NCBI GenBank assembly: GCA_049840735.1
Contig: JASGJN010000022.1
Location: 800,001-864,000, forward strand
DNA length: 64,000 nucleotides
From: Anaeromyxobacter sp.
Lineage (GTDB): Bacteria; Myxococcota; Myxococcia; Myxococcales; Anaeromyxobacteraceae
Direction: 5' to 3'
Each line of letters opens with the position of its first letter. The first letter of the stretch is position 1. The notes below the pieces were generated by a model, which worked only from the letters and a program-made list of their open reading frames with translations, was not told the origin of the DNA and did not search any database. Both the position numbers and the translations under genes were made by a program. Shown piece after piece: positions 1 through 9,307 of the stretch.

Positions 1-43
1 CCAGCGCCACCCGCCCCTCCAGGCTGTTCTCCACCACAGGCAT
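1..43 (-). CDS. 5' end of a probable short-chain dehydrogenase/reductase (runs off the window)
   Basis: ATG at 43 gives MPVVENSLEGRVAL, a typical SDR start before TGxxxG; GGAGG RBS upstream. Confidence 0.6.
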   Translation of the reverse strand, partial: MPVVENSLEGRVAL

Positions 44-318
44 GATGCCTCCTCCCATCCCAGAGTACTTTTGACGATACCGCGGGGCGGCTACGGGGTG
101 CCCGACCGGGGACCACCCCCTGCGGGACTGCGGCAGCAGCCGCCGGGTCCTGCGGACGTCCGGGCCGCTCCGCCGGCTTCCTGGGACAGCCCTGCTCCGG
201 CAGGCCCGCCCCACACCCGCCCACCCGTTGCGAATCACGTCACCGCCGGCTGACCCAGGGGCCACCGATCGCGTACATTGGGGGGCGTGGCGGTCGCCCT
301 CGCGGCCGGGAGGGTTGG

Positions 319-1101
319 ATGGACAGGGATCGCCGGCTTCACCCCAGATTCCCGCTCATCCTCGCGGTCCAGTACCTGGGGGCCGATCACGTCCTCGATT
401 ACACCGAGAACCTCTCCGCCACCGGCCTCTTCATCTGCACCGAGCGCGAGTTCGCCGTCGGCGAGCGCGTGACGCTGGTGGTCTCCTTCCCGCAGCTGGT
501 CGAGCCGGTCGAGCTGGAGGTCGAGATCGTCCGCACCCGCGGCGCGGCCGACGGCGTGGCCGCCGGCGTGGCGGTCCGGGTGCCGGAGGACCGGCCGCTC
601 GACCGGGCGCGGCTGGAACAGGTTGCGGTGCAGGTCGGCGGCGGCCGGCTGCCCGAACCCACCCACCGGATCCTGCTGGTCGAGGACAACGCGCTGGTGG
701 CCTCGATGTATGCCGCGGCGCTGCGCCGCCTCTCGGAGGAGGACCACCTGGCCGGCCTCTCCATCGAGGTCGCGAGCGACGGCTCGGCGGCGCTCCACCG
801 GCTCACGCGCCCGCCGCGCATCGACGTGCTCGTCACCGACCTCTTCATGCCGGTGCTCTCGGGCATCACCCTGGTCGAGCGCCTGCGCGCCGACCCGGCG
901 CTGACCGACACGCCGGTGGTGGTGATCACCTCCGGCGGCGAGCGCGAGCGGCAGCAGCTGGCCGAGCTGGGCGTCTCGCTCTTCCTGCGCAAGCCGGTGA
1001 GCTACCACGAGCTGGCCGGAGCCGTGCGCGGGCTGCTCGAGCGACGTCCCGCGGCCGCGGCGCGGTCGACCGGGGGCACCCGCCAGGAGGAGTTGCCTTA
1101 G
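319..1101 (+). CDS. PilZ domain (myxobacterial type) fused to a response-regulator receiver domain
   Basis: RRLHPR...NLSATG PilZ motifs; ILLVEDN, VTDLFMP and FLRKP receiver motifs. Confidence 0.85.
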   Translation: MDRDRRLHPRFPLILAVQYLGADHVLDYTENLSATGLFICTEREFAVGERVTLVVSFPQLVEPVELEVEIVRTRGAADGVAAGVAVRVPEDRPLDRARLEQVAVQVGGGRLPEPTHRILLVEDNALVASMYAAALRRLSEEDHLAGLSIEVASDGSAALHRLTRPPRIDVLVTDLFMPVLSGITLVERLRADPALTDTPVVVITSGGERERQQLAELGVSLFLRKPVSYHELAGAVRGLLERRPAAAARSTGGTRQEELP

Positions 1102-1189
1102 GCGCCGGGAGGGCGCATAGAAAGAGCAGACGCGATACCGGCCTCCCGCCGGCAAACGGAGCAGCCACAGGACGCTCCGGTTCGCAAGC

Positions 1190-1218
1190 AAGGGCCCGCT
1201 CACGAGCGGGCCCTTTTC
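1190..1218 (+). terminator. Intrinsic terminator
   Basis: AAGGGCCCGCT-CACG-AGCGGGCCCTT hairpin followed by TT(CATT). Confidence 0.75.
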
Positions 1219-1256
1219 ATTGGCGGGCGCCCTCTTCAACCGCTGCGAGTCCGCAC

Positions 1257-1721
1257 ATGAGCGAGCCCTGCCTCCAGGAGCGGTACGCCCCCCACAACGC
1301 CTGCTTCGGCTGCGGCCCCTCCAACCCGCGCGGCCTGCGGGTCCGCAGCTACAGGCGCGGCGCCGAGGTGGTGGCGGAGTGGCAGGCCGAGAAGCACCAC
1401 GAGGCCTTCGAGGGCATGCTCTCCGGCGGCGTCATCGGAACGCTGCTCGACTGCCACTCCAACTGGACGGCCGCGGCCCACCTGATGGACGCCGGCGGCC
1501 TGGCCACGCCGCCCTGCACCGTCACCGCGGAGTACGCCGTCAAGCTGCTCCGCCCCACGCCCACCTCCGGCCCGGTGCAGCTGGCCGCGCGGGTGGTGGA
1601 GTCGGCCGCCGATCGGGCCGTGGTGGAGGCCACGCTGACCGCCGGCGGGAAGGTCTGCGCCACCTGCCGAGGCACCTTCGTGGCCGTGCGCGAGGGCCAC
1701 CCGGCCTACCACCGCTGGTGA
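1257..1721 (+). CDS. PaaI/hotdog-fold thioesterase
   Basis: CFGCG...GMLSGGVIGTLLD...TAEYAVKLLRPTP motifs; true start ATG 1257 lies within ORF 228..1721. Confidence 0.85.
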   Translation: MSEPCLQERYAPHNACFGCGPSNPRGLRVRSYRRGAEVVAEWQAEKHHEAFEGMLSGGVIGTLLDCHSNWTAAAHLMDAGGLATPPCTVTAEYAVKLLRPTPTSGPVQLAARVVESAADRAVVEATLTAGGKVCATCRGTFVAVREGHPAYHRW

Positions 1722-1820
1722 GGCCCCACCCGGCCCGCCCGGTGCATTGCGGCGCAGGGGGGCGCAGGCTAGCTTCGGGGACCCCGGTCCGGTGGACGGC
1801 CCGGCGGCGGAGGTTCACCC

Positions 1821-2033
1821 ATGGCCAACCTCGCGGCCCACATCACCGGCACCGTCGCCAAGATCGAGAAGAAGGCGGGCGACCGCGTCCAGCCCGGCGA
1901 GGTGGTGGTGATCCTCGAGTCGATGAAGATGGAGATGCCGGTGGAGGCGAGCTCCGCCGGCACGGTCCGCGAGATCCGCTGCCAGGAAGGTCAGTCGGTG
2001 GCGGAGGGGGACGTGCTCGCCGTCATCGGCTGA
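1821..2033 (+). CDS. Stand-alone biotin carboxyl carrier (biotinyl-domain) protein
   Basis: 70 aa, ESMKME biotinylation motif, GGAGG RBS. Confidence 0.9.
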   Translation: MANLAAHITGTVAKIEKKAGDRVQPGEVVVILESMKMEMPVEASSAGTVREIRCQEGQSVAEGDVLAVIG

Positions 2034-2703
2034 GCGCCACCACCGCATAGCCCACCAAGAGCCCGAGCAGCAGGCCGGCGGCGCCGGCCACGGCGATCCG
2101 CACCCAGACGCCGGCGGGCGCCGCAGGCTGCGGGGGCACGGCCGGGGCCGGGGCGGCCGCCGGCGTGGCGCCCGGAGCGGGCGAGGGCGCAGCCGACGGC
2201 GCCGGCGGGACCGCGGCCCGGGCGGGCGGCGGCGCGGGCTCGGGCGGCGCGGCCCGGGGCGCCGGAGGCGGCTCGATCCGCGGCGGCGGAGGAGGCGCAG
2301 GGGCAGGCGGGGGCGCCGGGCGGTCCACCCTCGGCGTGGGCGCGGTGACGCCCGCGGGGCGCGGCGGCGGCGTCGCGCCAGGCGGCAGCGGCGGCGGCGC
2401 GTCCGGCACCGCCGCGTCGGGCAGCACCGCCAGGTCATAGGCGCCGATCTCGACCAGGTCGCCCTCGCGCAGCTTGCGCCGCCCGGTGATCCGCTGGCCG
2501 TTGACGCGCGTGCCGGTGAGGCTGCCCAGGTCCTCGACGAACACCGCGCCGCTGGCGCGCAGGAAGCGCGCGTGCCGCCGCGACACGTCGCGGTCGTCCA
2601 GCCGCGCGGCGACGCCCTCGGCGGCGCGGCCGACCACGATCTCGTCCCCGGTGAAGGGCACGGTCGAGCGCGTCCCGGCGTCGTCCTCGATGACCAGCTT
2701 CAT
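2023..2703 (-). CDS. FHA-domain protein with Pro-rich linker and C-terminal TM helix
   Basis: VVGR...VSRRHA...DLGSLTGTRVNG FHA motifs; ATG 2703. Confidence 0.85.
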   Translation of the reverse strand: MKLVIEDDAGTRSTVPFTGDEIVVGRAAEGVAARLDDRDVSRRHARFLRASGAVFVEDLGSLTGTRVNGQRITGRRKLREGDLVEIGAYDLAVLPDAAVPDAPPPLPPGATPPPRPAGVTAPTPRVDRPAPPPAPAPPPPPRIEPPPAPRAAPPEPAPPPARAAVPPAPSAAPSPAPGATPAAAPAPAVPPQPAAPAGVWVRIAVAGAAGLLLGLLVGYAVVALSR

Positions 2704-2713
2704 CGGCGGCGCC

Positions 2714-4471
2714 TCACGGGTCCGGCGGCGGGATCGGCCTCGGGGCGGCGCGCACCAGCGGCCGCTTGAACGAGGTCCCATCCTTCTCCGGCAGCACCAC
2801 GAACTGGTCGGTCTCGTGGCCGGCCAGCGACAGCTCGATGCGGTGGCGCTCGTCGAGGGCCACGCTCTCCAGCCGGGCCGGCGTGACGCCCATGAGCTTG
2901 CCGTCCAGCCGGACCTCCGCGCCGGGCGGGTCGCTCTCCACGCGGAGCGTGCCCAGCGTGCTCTCCAGCGTGGCGTGGACACGCCGCACCAGCTTGCCGA
3001 TGGTGGGGTCGATCACCAGCGCGGCCGTCTTGCGGCCGGGGCTGGAGATCTCCAGCGCGTGGCTGCGCGCCAGCAGGACGTCCTCCAGCACGATGGGCGT
3101 GGCCCCCACGGCCGCGTCGTCCAGCACCACCGCGGCGCCGGGCGGCTCGGAGGTGATGACCAGCACGCCGGGGCGGAGCCAGGTCTCGGCCAGGTGGAGG
3201 CCCGCCGCGCCCAGCACCGCCACCAGCAGCCCGAGGCCGACGGCCGTGGCCGGACGCAGCCCGGTGCGGACCACCGGCCGCGGCCTCGCCGGCGGCCGCG
3301 GCGCGTGGCGCACCGGCTCGGTGCTGGGCAGCTCGGAGGGCAGCCCGGCCACGTGCGACTCGAAGAGGCTGCCGGGCGGCTGCTCGGGCGCGGGGGCGCC
3401 GGAGGTGCTGGTCGAGGAGAGCCGCTCGTACTCGGCCTTGGCCTCCCGCTCGGCCGCGTTGGCCAGCACCTTCATGATGAGCGGGTCGTGCACGCGAGCG
3501 GCGCGCTGCCGGCCGATCTTCTCGTCGAAGACCGTCTTCATCTGCCTGCCCAGGAGGTCCTGGATCGAGCTGATGGAGGTAGGGAACAGCGCGTCCACCA
3601 GCGCGTCGGCGAAGGAGCGCGCGTCGGCGAAGCGCTTGTTGGGGTCGTAGGCCAGGGCCTGGGCCAGGATGTCGTCGAGGTCGCGCGGCAGCCGCGGGTC
3701 GATGGCGGTGGGCGGCACCACCCGCGCCTTGCGCGACTGGATCAGCGAGTCCACGTCGGTGGACTTGGGGAAGGGCTTCTGCTTGGTGAGCAGCTCGTAG
3801 AGGATGATGCCGGCCGCGAAGATGTCGACCCGGTGGTCCCAGCGGTGCTCGACGGAGGCCTGCTCGGGCGCGACGTACCCGAGCTTCCCCATCAGCATGC
3901 CCTCCTTGTAGTTGGAGAGGCCGGTGGCGGCGCGGGCGATGCCGAAGTCGAGCAGCTTGATCTCGCCCTCCCAGGAGACCAGGGCGTTGTCCGGCGACAC
4001 GTCGCAGTGGACGATCTGCAGCGGCTGCCCCTGGGAGTCGGTCTTCTTATGGGCGTAGTCGAGGCCGGTCAGCAGCTGCAGCACCATGAAGATGGCCTGC
4101 TCCGGCGAGAGCGGCTGCCCGGCCCGCGTGAACGCCGTCATCATCTCCTTCATGGAGACGCCGTTCACCAGCTCCATGGAGATGAAGTAGTTGCCGTTGA
4201 TCCGGCCGCACTCGTAGACCTGCGCGATGTTCGAGTGCGTCAGCTGGACCGTGAGCTTGGCCTCGTTGACGAGCATCTTGATGAAGCCCTCGTCCTGCGC
4301 GCGCGCAGGGAGGATGCGCTTCACCACCAGCTCCTTCTCGAAGCCGCCCGCCCCGGGGACCCGGGCGCGGAAGATCTCGGCCATGCCGCCGACCGCCAGC
4401 CGCTGCAGCAGGAAGAACTTGCCGAAGAGGTGGGGCTTGAACTCTGGAGAGAGGGCAGCGGCTTCGGCCAC
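2714..4471 (-). CDS. Membrane Ser/Thr protein kinase with C-terminal PEGA domains
   Basis: GGMAEIF, VVK, HCDVSPDN, DFG and YVAPE motifs; TM helix; two SxPPGA(x)V(x)LD PEGA repeats. Confidence 0.92.
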   Translation of the reverse strand: MAEAAALSPEFKPHLFGKFFLLQRLAVGGMAEIFRARVPGAGGFEKELVVKRILPARAQDEGFIKMLVNEAKLTVQLTHSNIAQVYECGRINGNYFISMELVNGVSMKEMMTAFTRAGQPLSPEQAIFMVLQLLTGLDYAHKKTDSQGQPLQIVHCDVSPDNALVSWEGEIKLLDFGIARAATGLSNYKEGMLMGKLGYVAPEQASVEHRWDHRVDIFAAGIILYELLTKQKPFPKSTDVDSLIQSRKARVVPPTAIDPRLPRDLDDILAQALAYDPNKRFADARSFADALVDALFPTSISSIQDLLGRQMKTVFDEKIGRQRAARVHDPLIMKVLANAAEREAKAEYERLSSTSTSGAPAPEQPPGSLFESHVAGLPSELPSTEPVRHAPRPPARPRPVVRTGLRPATAVGLGLLVAVLGAAGLHLAETWLRPGVLVITSEPPGAAVVLDDAAVGATPIVLEDVLLARSHALEISSPGRKTAALVIDPTIGKLVRRVHATLESTLGTLRVESDPPGAEVRLDGKLMGVTPARLESVALDERHRIELSLAGHETDQFVVLPEKDGTSFKRPLVRAAPRPIPPPDP

Positions 4472-4530
4472 GGGCGGATGTTAGCCCGGCCCCCTTGGAG
4501 GCCACAAGCCGACGACCGCGCGGCCGACCC

Positions 4531-5415
4531 CTACTTGTCGTTCTTCTTGGGCTTGTCCTTGCCGCGGCCGGGCGGCCCATCCGACAGGCCGGGCACGTCC
4601 CCGTGCCCCAGGGCCTTGCCGTTGTTGCCGGCCCCCAGGGCCTTGCCCTTGCCCGACCCCGGCCCGGTGGCGTCCTCGCCGCCGCTGGCCGCGGGCAGCC
4701 GGACCAGCCGGTCGGGGGTCTCGGCGAAGGGGTCCACCATGCCGTCGAGGGAGGCCCCGGCCTTGATCCGGCGCCGGGCCTCCTGCAGGAAGGCGCGCGG
4801 CTCGCGCCCCCCCTCGCTGCGCCAGGCGTCGTACAGGCCGACGATCTGCTCCGGGGTGCCCGGGCCGGCCCGCGCCGCCAGCGCCTCGGCCAGCGGCAGG
4901 GCCTCGCTCACCTCCACGCCGCGCCGGTGCAGGTCGGACAGGGTCCGGGCGCCGGCCACCACGCCCCCGGCGTCCGCCGCGCGGGCCTCCTGCGCGGCCT
5001 GGACCAGCGCCCGCAGTGCGCCCGGCGGCACGCCCTCCAGCAGCGCGCCGGAGAGGTCGGCCAGCACCACCGTCCGCTCCGCCTCGGGCACGCCCAGCCC
5101 GCTGCGCTCGGCCTGGACGAGGATGGCCTGCGAGGAGGCCAGCCGCTCCAGCAGGCCGCGCGAGACGGCGCCGATCCGGTCCGGAGGGGCGCCCTTGGCA
5201 AGCCCCTCCAGCACCTTCTCCGCCACCAGCCGCCCGGGGAGGCCCTGCCGCGCGGCCTCGTACGCGGGCGCCAGCAGCAGCGCCGGATCGATGCCGCGCT
5301 CGGTGGCGCGGGCGTTCACGTCCTGGACCAGCGCCTGCGGCAGCGCCGGCGCCGCGGTGGCGGGCGCAGGGGGCGGGGCGAGCAGGAGGCTCAGGGTGGC
5401 AGCGAGGGCGATCAA
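4531..5415 (-). CDS. Exported helical hypothetical protein with Gly/Lys-rich tail
   Basis: Signal-peptide-like start (TTG 5415 after AGAGGA); co-oriented last gene of the ECF operon. Confidence 0.7.
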   Translation of the reverse strand: MIALAATLSLLLAPPPAPATAAPALPQALVQDVNARATERGIDPALLLAPAYEAARQGLPGRLVAEKVLEGLAKGAPPDRIGAVSRGLLERLASSQAILVQAERSGLGVPEAERTVVLADLSGALLEGVPPGALRALVQAAQEARAADAGGVVAGARTLSDLHRRGVEVSEALPLAEALAARAGPGTPEQIVGLYDAWRSEGGREPRAFLQEARRRIKAGASLDGMVDPFAETPDRLVRLPAASGGEDATGPGSGKGKALGAGNNGKALGHGDVPGLSDGPPGRGKDKPKKNDK

Positions 5416-5478
5416 CGGGATCCTCTGGGCCGGAGGGGCCCAGCCTTCATGAGAGGGGACGACCATCCCCCGTGTCGG

Positions 5479-5835
5479 TTACCGGACGCGCAGGACCGCA
5501 TTCTCGCCTCCGAACCCATCTTCAACCCGCTCGGCCTGGTCGGGGAACCACACCTCCACCGCGGTGCCGCGCCGCACCTCGAGCCGGTACTCGTAGCGGC
5601 CGGGGGCCAGCGGCAGGGCCAGCGTGAAGCCGGAGCCGTTCCGGTCCAGCGACACCGGACGCCACCCGGTCATGGTGCCACGGAGTGTCACGGTCTCCGC
5701 TGCCCCCTCGTAGCGGAACTCGGTCGGGCCGGAAGGTGACGATGTAGGCCTGATGTGGGCGGACGGCGCCCCGGCGCAGCCGGCCAGGGCCAAGGCCAGG
5801 GCCAGCCCCACCGCGCTGGCAGCGCGCCTCACCAT
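5479..5835 (-). CDS. Lipoprotein with a glycogen-binding CBM48/AMPK-beta-like domain
   Basis: LAGC lipobox; VTLRGTMTGW...PGRYEYRL...EDGFGGENAVL. Confidence 0.8.
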   Translation of the reverse strand: MVRRAASAVGLALALALAGCAGAPSAHIRPTSSPSGPTEFRYEGAAETVTLRGTMTGWRPVSLDRNGSGFTLALPLAPGRYEYRLEVRRGTAVEVWFPDQAERVEDGFGGENAVLRVR

Positions 5836-6827
5836 GACAGCACCTGCCTGCGCCCCCGGACGCCCAGGTACCACGCCTGCCGGCGCGAGACCGTGTCGGC
5901 CGAGCCGCCGCCGGCGGCTTCGCTGCGGGCTCCTCCCCAGGAGACGACCAGCTCGAGCGGGCCGACGGGCTGCGAGGCCTCCACCCCGGCGCGGACCAGC
6001 CACTCCTCACGGCCGGTGTCGAAGCGGGTGCCCTGGCCGGAGAGCTCCAGCGTCAGCTCCGGGCCGCGGGGGAAGGTGTCGGCCACCGCGGTGGCGGAGA
6101 GCGCGCCGGCGCTGTGGGCGAACTCGGGCGCGTCGCTCGCCACGCGCTCGCCGCTGAGCTGCCCGTCGAGCAGCAGCCAGCGCCGCACCACCGCGCCCAG
6201 GCCGGCCAGCGCCGAGAGGCCGCGCTCGTCCACGTGGGGGCCGTCGGTGCGCGAGCGGCGCAGCTCGCCGGTGGCCGCCAGCCGGCCGCTGAGCGACCCG
6301 CGCCGCAGCCGCAGCGCCGGCGAGAGCAGCACGGCCAGGGTGGCGTCGACGCCGGGCCCGGCCGCGCCCTCCAGCGGCGTCGGCGCGGAGTAGGAGGCGG
6401 CGTCCCCCGCCAGCGCCAGCGCCCCCTCGACCCCCGCGCCCACCCAGCGCAGCTCCCCGCCCGCCGTCGCGCCCAGGCTGCCGAAGTCGGCGGCCGGGAG
6501 CCGGCTCAGGTGGACCGCCGCGCCGGCGGCCCCCTTGAGCCCGGGGGTGAAGGAGACGTCCAGCCGCGCGGCCGGGGCCAGCTGCAGGAGCCCGCTCTGC
6601 CCCAGGTCGGCGCCCAGGTAGGCGTCGCTGGCCCAGCCGCCGCCGGCTTCGGCCGACAGCACCAGCCGGCCGTGGCGCCGGTAGGACGCGCCCGGCGCGG
6701 CGGGCTGCAAGTCCGCGCCGGACACAGCGGGGGCCGGCCCGGGCAGGGCCGGCGGGGAGGGCAGCGCGGCCGCCGGACCGTCCGGCGCGGTGGCCAGGGC
6801 CACCGCGAGCAGCAGGGCCGCCGCCAC
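5829..6827 (-). CDS. Putative outer-membrane beta-barrel protein
   Basis: Signal peptide, alternating amphipathic beta-strand pattern, terminal Trp. Confidence 0.6.
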   Translation of the reverse strand: MAAALLLAVALATAPDGPAAALPSPPALPGPAPAVSGADLQPAAPGASYRRHGRLVLSAEAGGGWASDAYLGADLGQSGLLQLAPAARLDVSFTPGLKGAAGAAVHLSRLPAADFGSLGATAGGELRWVGAGVEGALALAGDAASYSAPTPLEGAAGPGVDATLAVLLSPALRLRRGSLSGRLAATGELRRSRTDGPHVDERGLSALAGLGAVVRRWLLLDGQLSGERVASDAPEFAHSAGALSATAVADTFPRGPELTLELSGQGTRFDTGREEWLVRAGVEASQPVGPLELVVSWGGARSEAAGGGSADTVSRRQAWYLGVRGRRQVLSW

Positions 6828-6829
6828 GC

Positions 6830-7501
6830 TCAGATGTCCAGGATGGCGTTTCGGTTGCCGAAGCCGTCGTCCACGTGGGCGGGCGCGGCGGGGTCGGTGA
6901 CCCAGCGGCCGTCCACCACGAACATGTACTGGTAGCGCCGGCCGGCGGTGAGCGGCACGTCCACCGACCAGGTGCTGGCGCCGGTGCGGCGCAGCGGCGT
7001 GGCCTCGGGGCGCCAGCCGTTGAAGTCCCCGGCCAGCTGGACGGTGCGGGCGCCGGGCGCGTCCACCCGCAGCCGGATGATCCGCTCGCCGGGCCCGGTG
7101 GTGAGCGCCACCGGCGTGGTCTCGAGGGCCGGGGCGGCCGCCACGGCCGCGGGGGCTGGCTCGCCGCCGCTTCCGGAGCCGGCGAGCTGCAGCGCCGCGA
7201 AGGTGAGCAGCGCCGCCGCCGCCACGCCCGCCGCGGCGCCCAGCGGCGAGATGCGCGGCGCGAGCAGCCAGCTGGCGAGGGTGCGGCCCGGCGCCGGACG
7301 GGTGCGGGTGCGCGCCATGGTGCGCTGGACGAAGTCCGGCGGCGGGGTGGGGCGCGGGCCGGAGGAGGCGGAGAGCCGGGCCAGGGCCACCAGCCGCCTG
7401 GCCTGCGTCCGCTCGCCGGCCGGCAGCGCGTCGATCGCCCGCTGCGTCGCCTCCGTGGAGGCGCGCGTGTCGAGCAGGGCCTGCAGCTCGCGATCGGTCA
7501 C
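6830..7501 (-). CDS. Putative anti-sigma factor: N-terminal helical domain, one TM helix, C-terminal CBM48 glycogen-binding domain
   Basis: GTG start overlaps the sigma stop; VQLAGDFNGW...YQYMFVVDGRWVTDP...DDGFGNRNA. Confidence 0.8.
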   Translation of the reverse strand: MTDRELQALLDTRASTEATQRAIDALPAGERTQARRLVALARLSASSGPRPTPPPDFVQRTMARTRTRPAPGRTLASWLLAPRISPLGAAAGVAAAALLTFAALQLAGSGSGGEPAPAAVAAAPALETTPVALTTGPGERIIRLRVDAPGARTVQLAGDFNGWRPEATPLRRTGASTWSVDVPLTAGRRYQYMFVVDGRWVTDPAAPAHVDDGFGNRNAILDI

Positions 7502-8148
7502 GGTGTCACCTCCTCGTCGAGCAGGTCGCCGAGTCGCTCGCGAAGCATGAGGCGGGCGCGGTGCACGCGCACCTTCAGCGCGTTGACCCGCACGCCGGTC
7601 GCGGCGGCGATCTCCTCGTACGGCATGTTCTCCAGGTGGAAGAGCGTGAAGGCCTCGCGGTACTTGGCCGGTAGCGCGGCCACGGCGTGCGAGAGCGCCT
7701 GCACCGCCTGCCGCGCCGCGGCGTCGCGCTCCGGGTCGCGGGAGGTCCAGAGCTCGTCGCCGTCCAGCGCCGACGGGCGCTCGCTGCGGGCGCCGGCCTT
7801 GAGGAAGTCCCGGCAGCCGTTGACGGCGATGCGGTAGAGCCAGTGCTTGAAGCGGCACTCGCCGCGGAAGGAGCCCAGCCGCGCGTAGGCGCGGGCGAAG
7901 GCCTCCTGGGCCAGCTCCTCGCCCAGCCGCGGGTCGTTGACCAGCCGCGAGCAGACCGAGACGAGCCCCGACGCGTGCCGCCGCACCACGCCCGCGAAGG
8001 CGTCGCCGTCCCCGGCCAGCGTCCGCTCCACCGCGTCGAGGTCGGCGGCCTCGGCGAGATCGACGACCGGCGGCTCGGCCGGGCGCGCGGGTTGCCTGGG
8101 CTGGAAGAGCGGGCGGGCGATGGGGAGCTCCGGGGCAAGCTGCGCCAG
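7498..8148 (-). CDS. ECF sigma-70 factor (start uncertain)
   Basis: EELAQEAF, FKHWLYRIAVN (region 2); YEEIA...LKVRVHRAR (region 4). Confidence 0.92.
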   Translation of the reverse strand: MAQLAPELPIARPLFQPRQPARPAEPPVVDLAEAADLDAVERTLAGDGDAFAGVVRRHASGLVSVCSRLVNDPRLGEELAQEAFARAYARLGSFRGECRFKHWLYRIAVNGCRDFLKAGARSERPSALDGDELWTSRDPERDAAARQAVQALSHAVAALPAKYREAFTLFHLENMPYEEIAAATGVRVNALKVRVHRARLMLRERLGDLLDEEVTP

Positions 8149-8303
8149 GGCACAGATTATCGCGCTTCCCGGGTCGGGGGGAGGGCGAGGGGGCTGGCGT
8201 CCGGGTCGCAGACGGGTGCGGGTGACGCCCAGCGTCCCCAGGGTGTGGGTGGGTGCGGCCGCCGGTGGGGGTGGGTGCCGGAGGAGCACCCCGGGAGGCC
8301 ACC

Positions 8304-8519
8304 ATGGGTGAGAGCCGCGACGCCAGGGATCCGAGGGACCTGCTGCGCGCCATGCGCAAGGAGGCGGAGGCGGAGTTCGAGGCCGAGGAGGCGCACGACG
8401 CCGGCGGCCAGGCGCACGCGAGCGCGCGCGCTCGCGCGGGCGCGCCGGCCGGGCGCGCCGACGAGCCGGATCCGGGCGCGGACGGACCCTCGAGCCCGGG
8501 CCGGTCGACGCGCCGCTAG
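8304..8519 (+). CDS. Small hypothetical protein
   Basis: GGAGG RBS and ATG 8304; GC3-rich codons. Confidence 0.55.
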   Translation: MGESRDARDPRDLLRAMRKEAEAEFEAEEAHDAGGQAHASARARAGAPAGRADEPDPGADGPSSPGRSTRR

Positions 8520-9307
8520 CGGCGCGTGGCGAGCGCGTAGACCACGTGCCAGGTGGCGGTCACGCCGCCTTCCAGCGCCGGGTGGCGCTCCTCGTAGGCG
8601 CGGAGCAGCGCGAGGGTGGCGGCGCGCCCGCCCAGGCCGCGCTCGCCGGGCACGGCGTTGGTGGCGCCGATGGCCTTGAGGCCGCGCAGCACCGATCGCG
8701 CGTCGGGGTGACGCTCCACCACGCGCGTCTCCGTCACCTCCGCCCCCTCGAACCCCTCGGCCAGGAGCGCCGCGGCCACCTCGTCCCGCGTGGCGAAGCG
8801 GTGGGTGGGGGTTGCGCCCCGCCCCGCCGCGGCCCGCCAGCTGCTGCGCAGCTCGTGCAGCGTGTCGGCGCCGAACAGGGCCACGGCGAGCACGCCGCCG
8901 GGGGCGAGCACGCGGCGCGCCTCGGCGAAGGCCGGCGCCAGGCGCGGCAGCCACTGCAGCGTGGAGGTGGAGAGGTAGAGGTCGAAGCGGGCCGGGCCGA
9001 AGGGGAGCGCCTCGGCGTCGGCCGCGGCCACGGCGGCCGACGGGGTGCGGGCCCGGGCGGCAGCCGCCATGCCGCTGGCCAGGTCGACCGCCGCGACCCG
9101 GCAGGCCGGCTGCGCCTCCCGCAGCGCCGCCACCAGCGCCCCGGTGCCCGCGCCCACGTCCAGCGCGCGCGCCGGCGCCGGCAGCGCGGCCAGCGCGGCG
9201 GCCAGCACGCGCCGCTGCACCTCGCGCTGCAGCGCGGCGCCCCCGTCGTAGGCCGCGGCCGCGCGCGAGAAGGCGGCGCGCACCCGGCGCTTGTCCACCA
9301 GGTTCAC
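8516..9307 (-). CDS. bioC: Malonyl-ACP O-methyltransferase
   Basis: DKRRVRAAFSRAAAAYD...LQ, LDVGAGTG, STLQW, TLHEL and LKAIGA motifs; coupled to bioH. Confidence 0.88.
   Translation of the reverse strand: MNLVDKRRVRAAFSRAAAAYDGGAALQREVQRRVLAAALAALPAPARALDVGAGTGALVAALREAQPACRVAAVDLASGMAAAARARTPSAAVAAADAEALPFGPARFDLYLSTSTLQWLPRLAPAFAEARRVLAPGGVLAVALFGADTLHELRSSWRAAAGRGATPTHRFATRDEVAAALLAEGFEGAEVTETRVVERHPDARSVLRGLKAIGATNAVPGERGLGGRAATLALLRAYEERHPALEGGVTATWHVVYALATRR

Noticed and set aside
8240..8276. G-quadruplex upstream of the ECF sigma
   Set aside because: G-runs are expected by chance at this GC content and there is no other support
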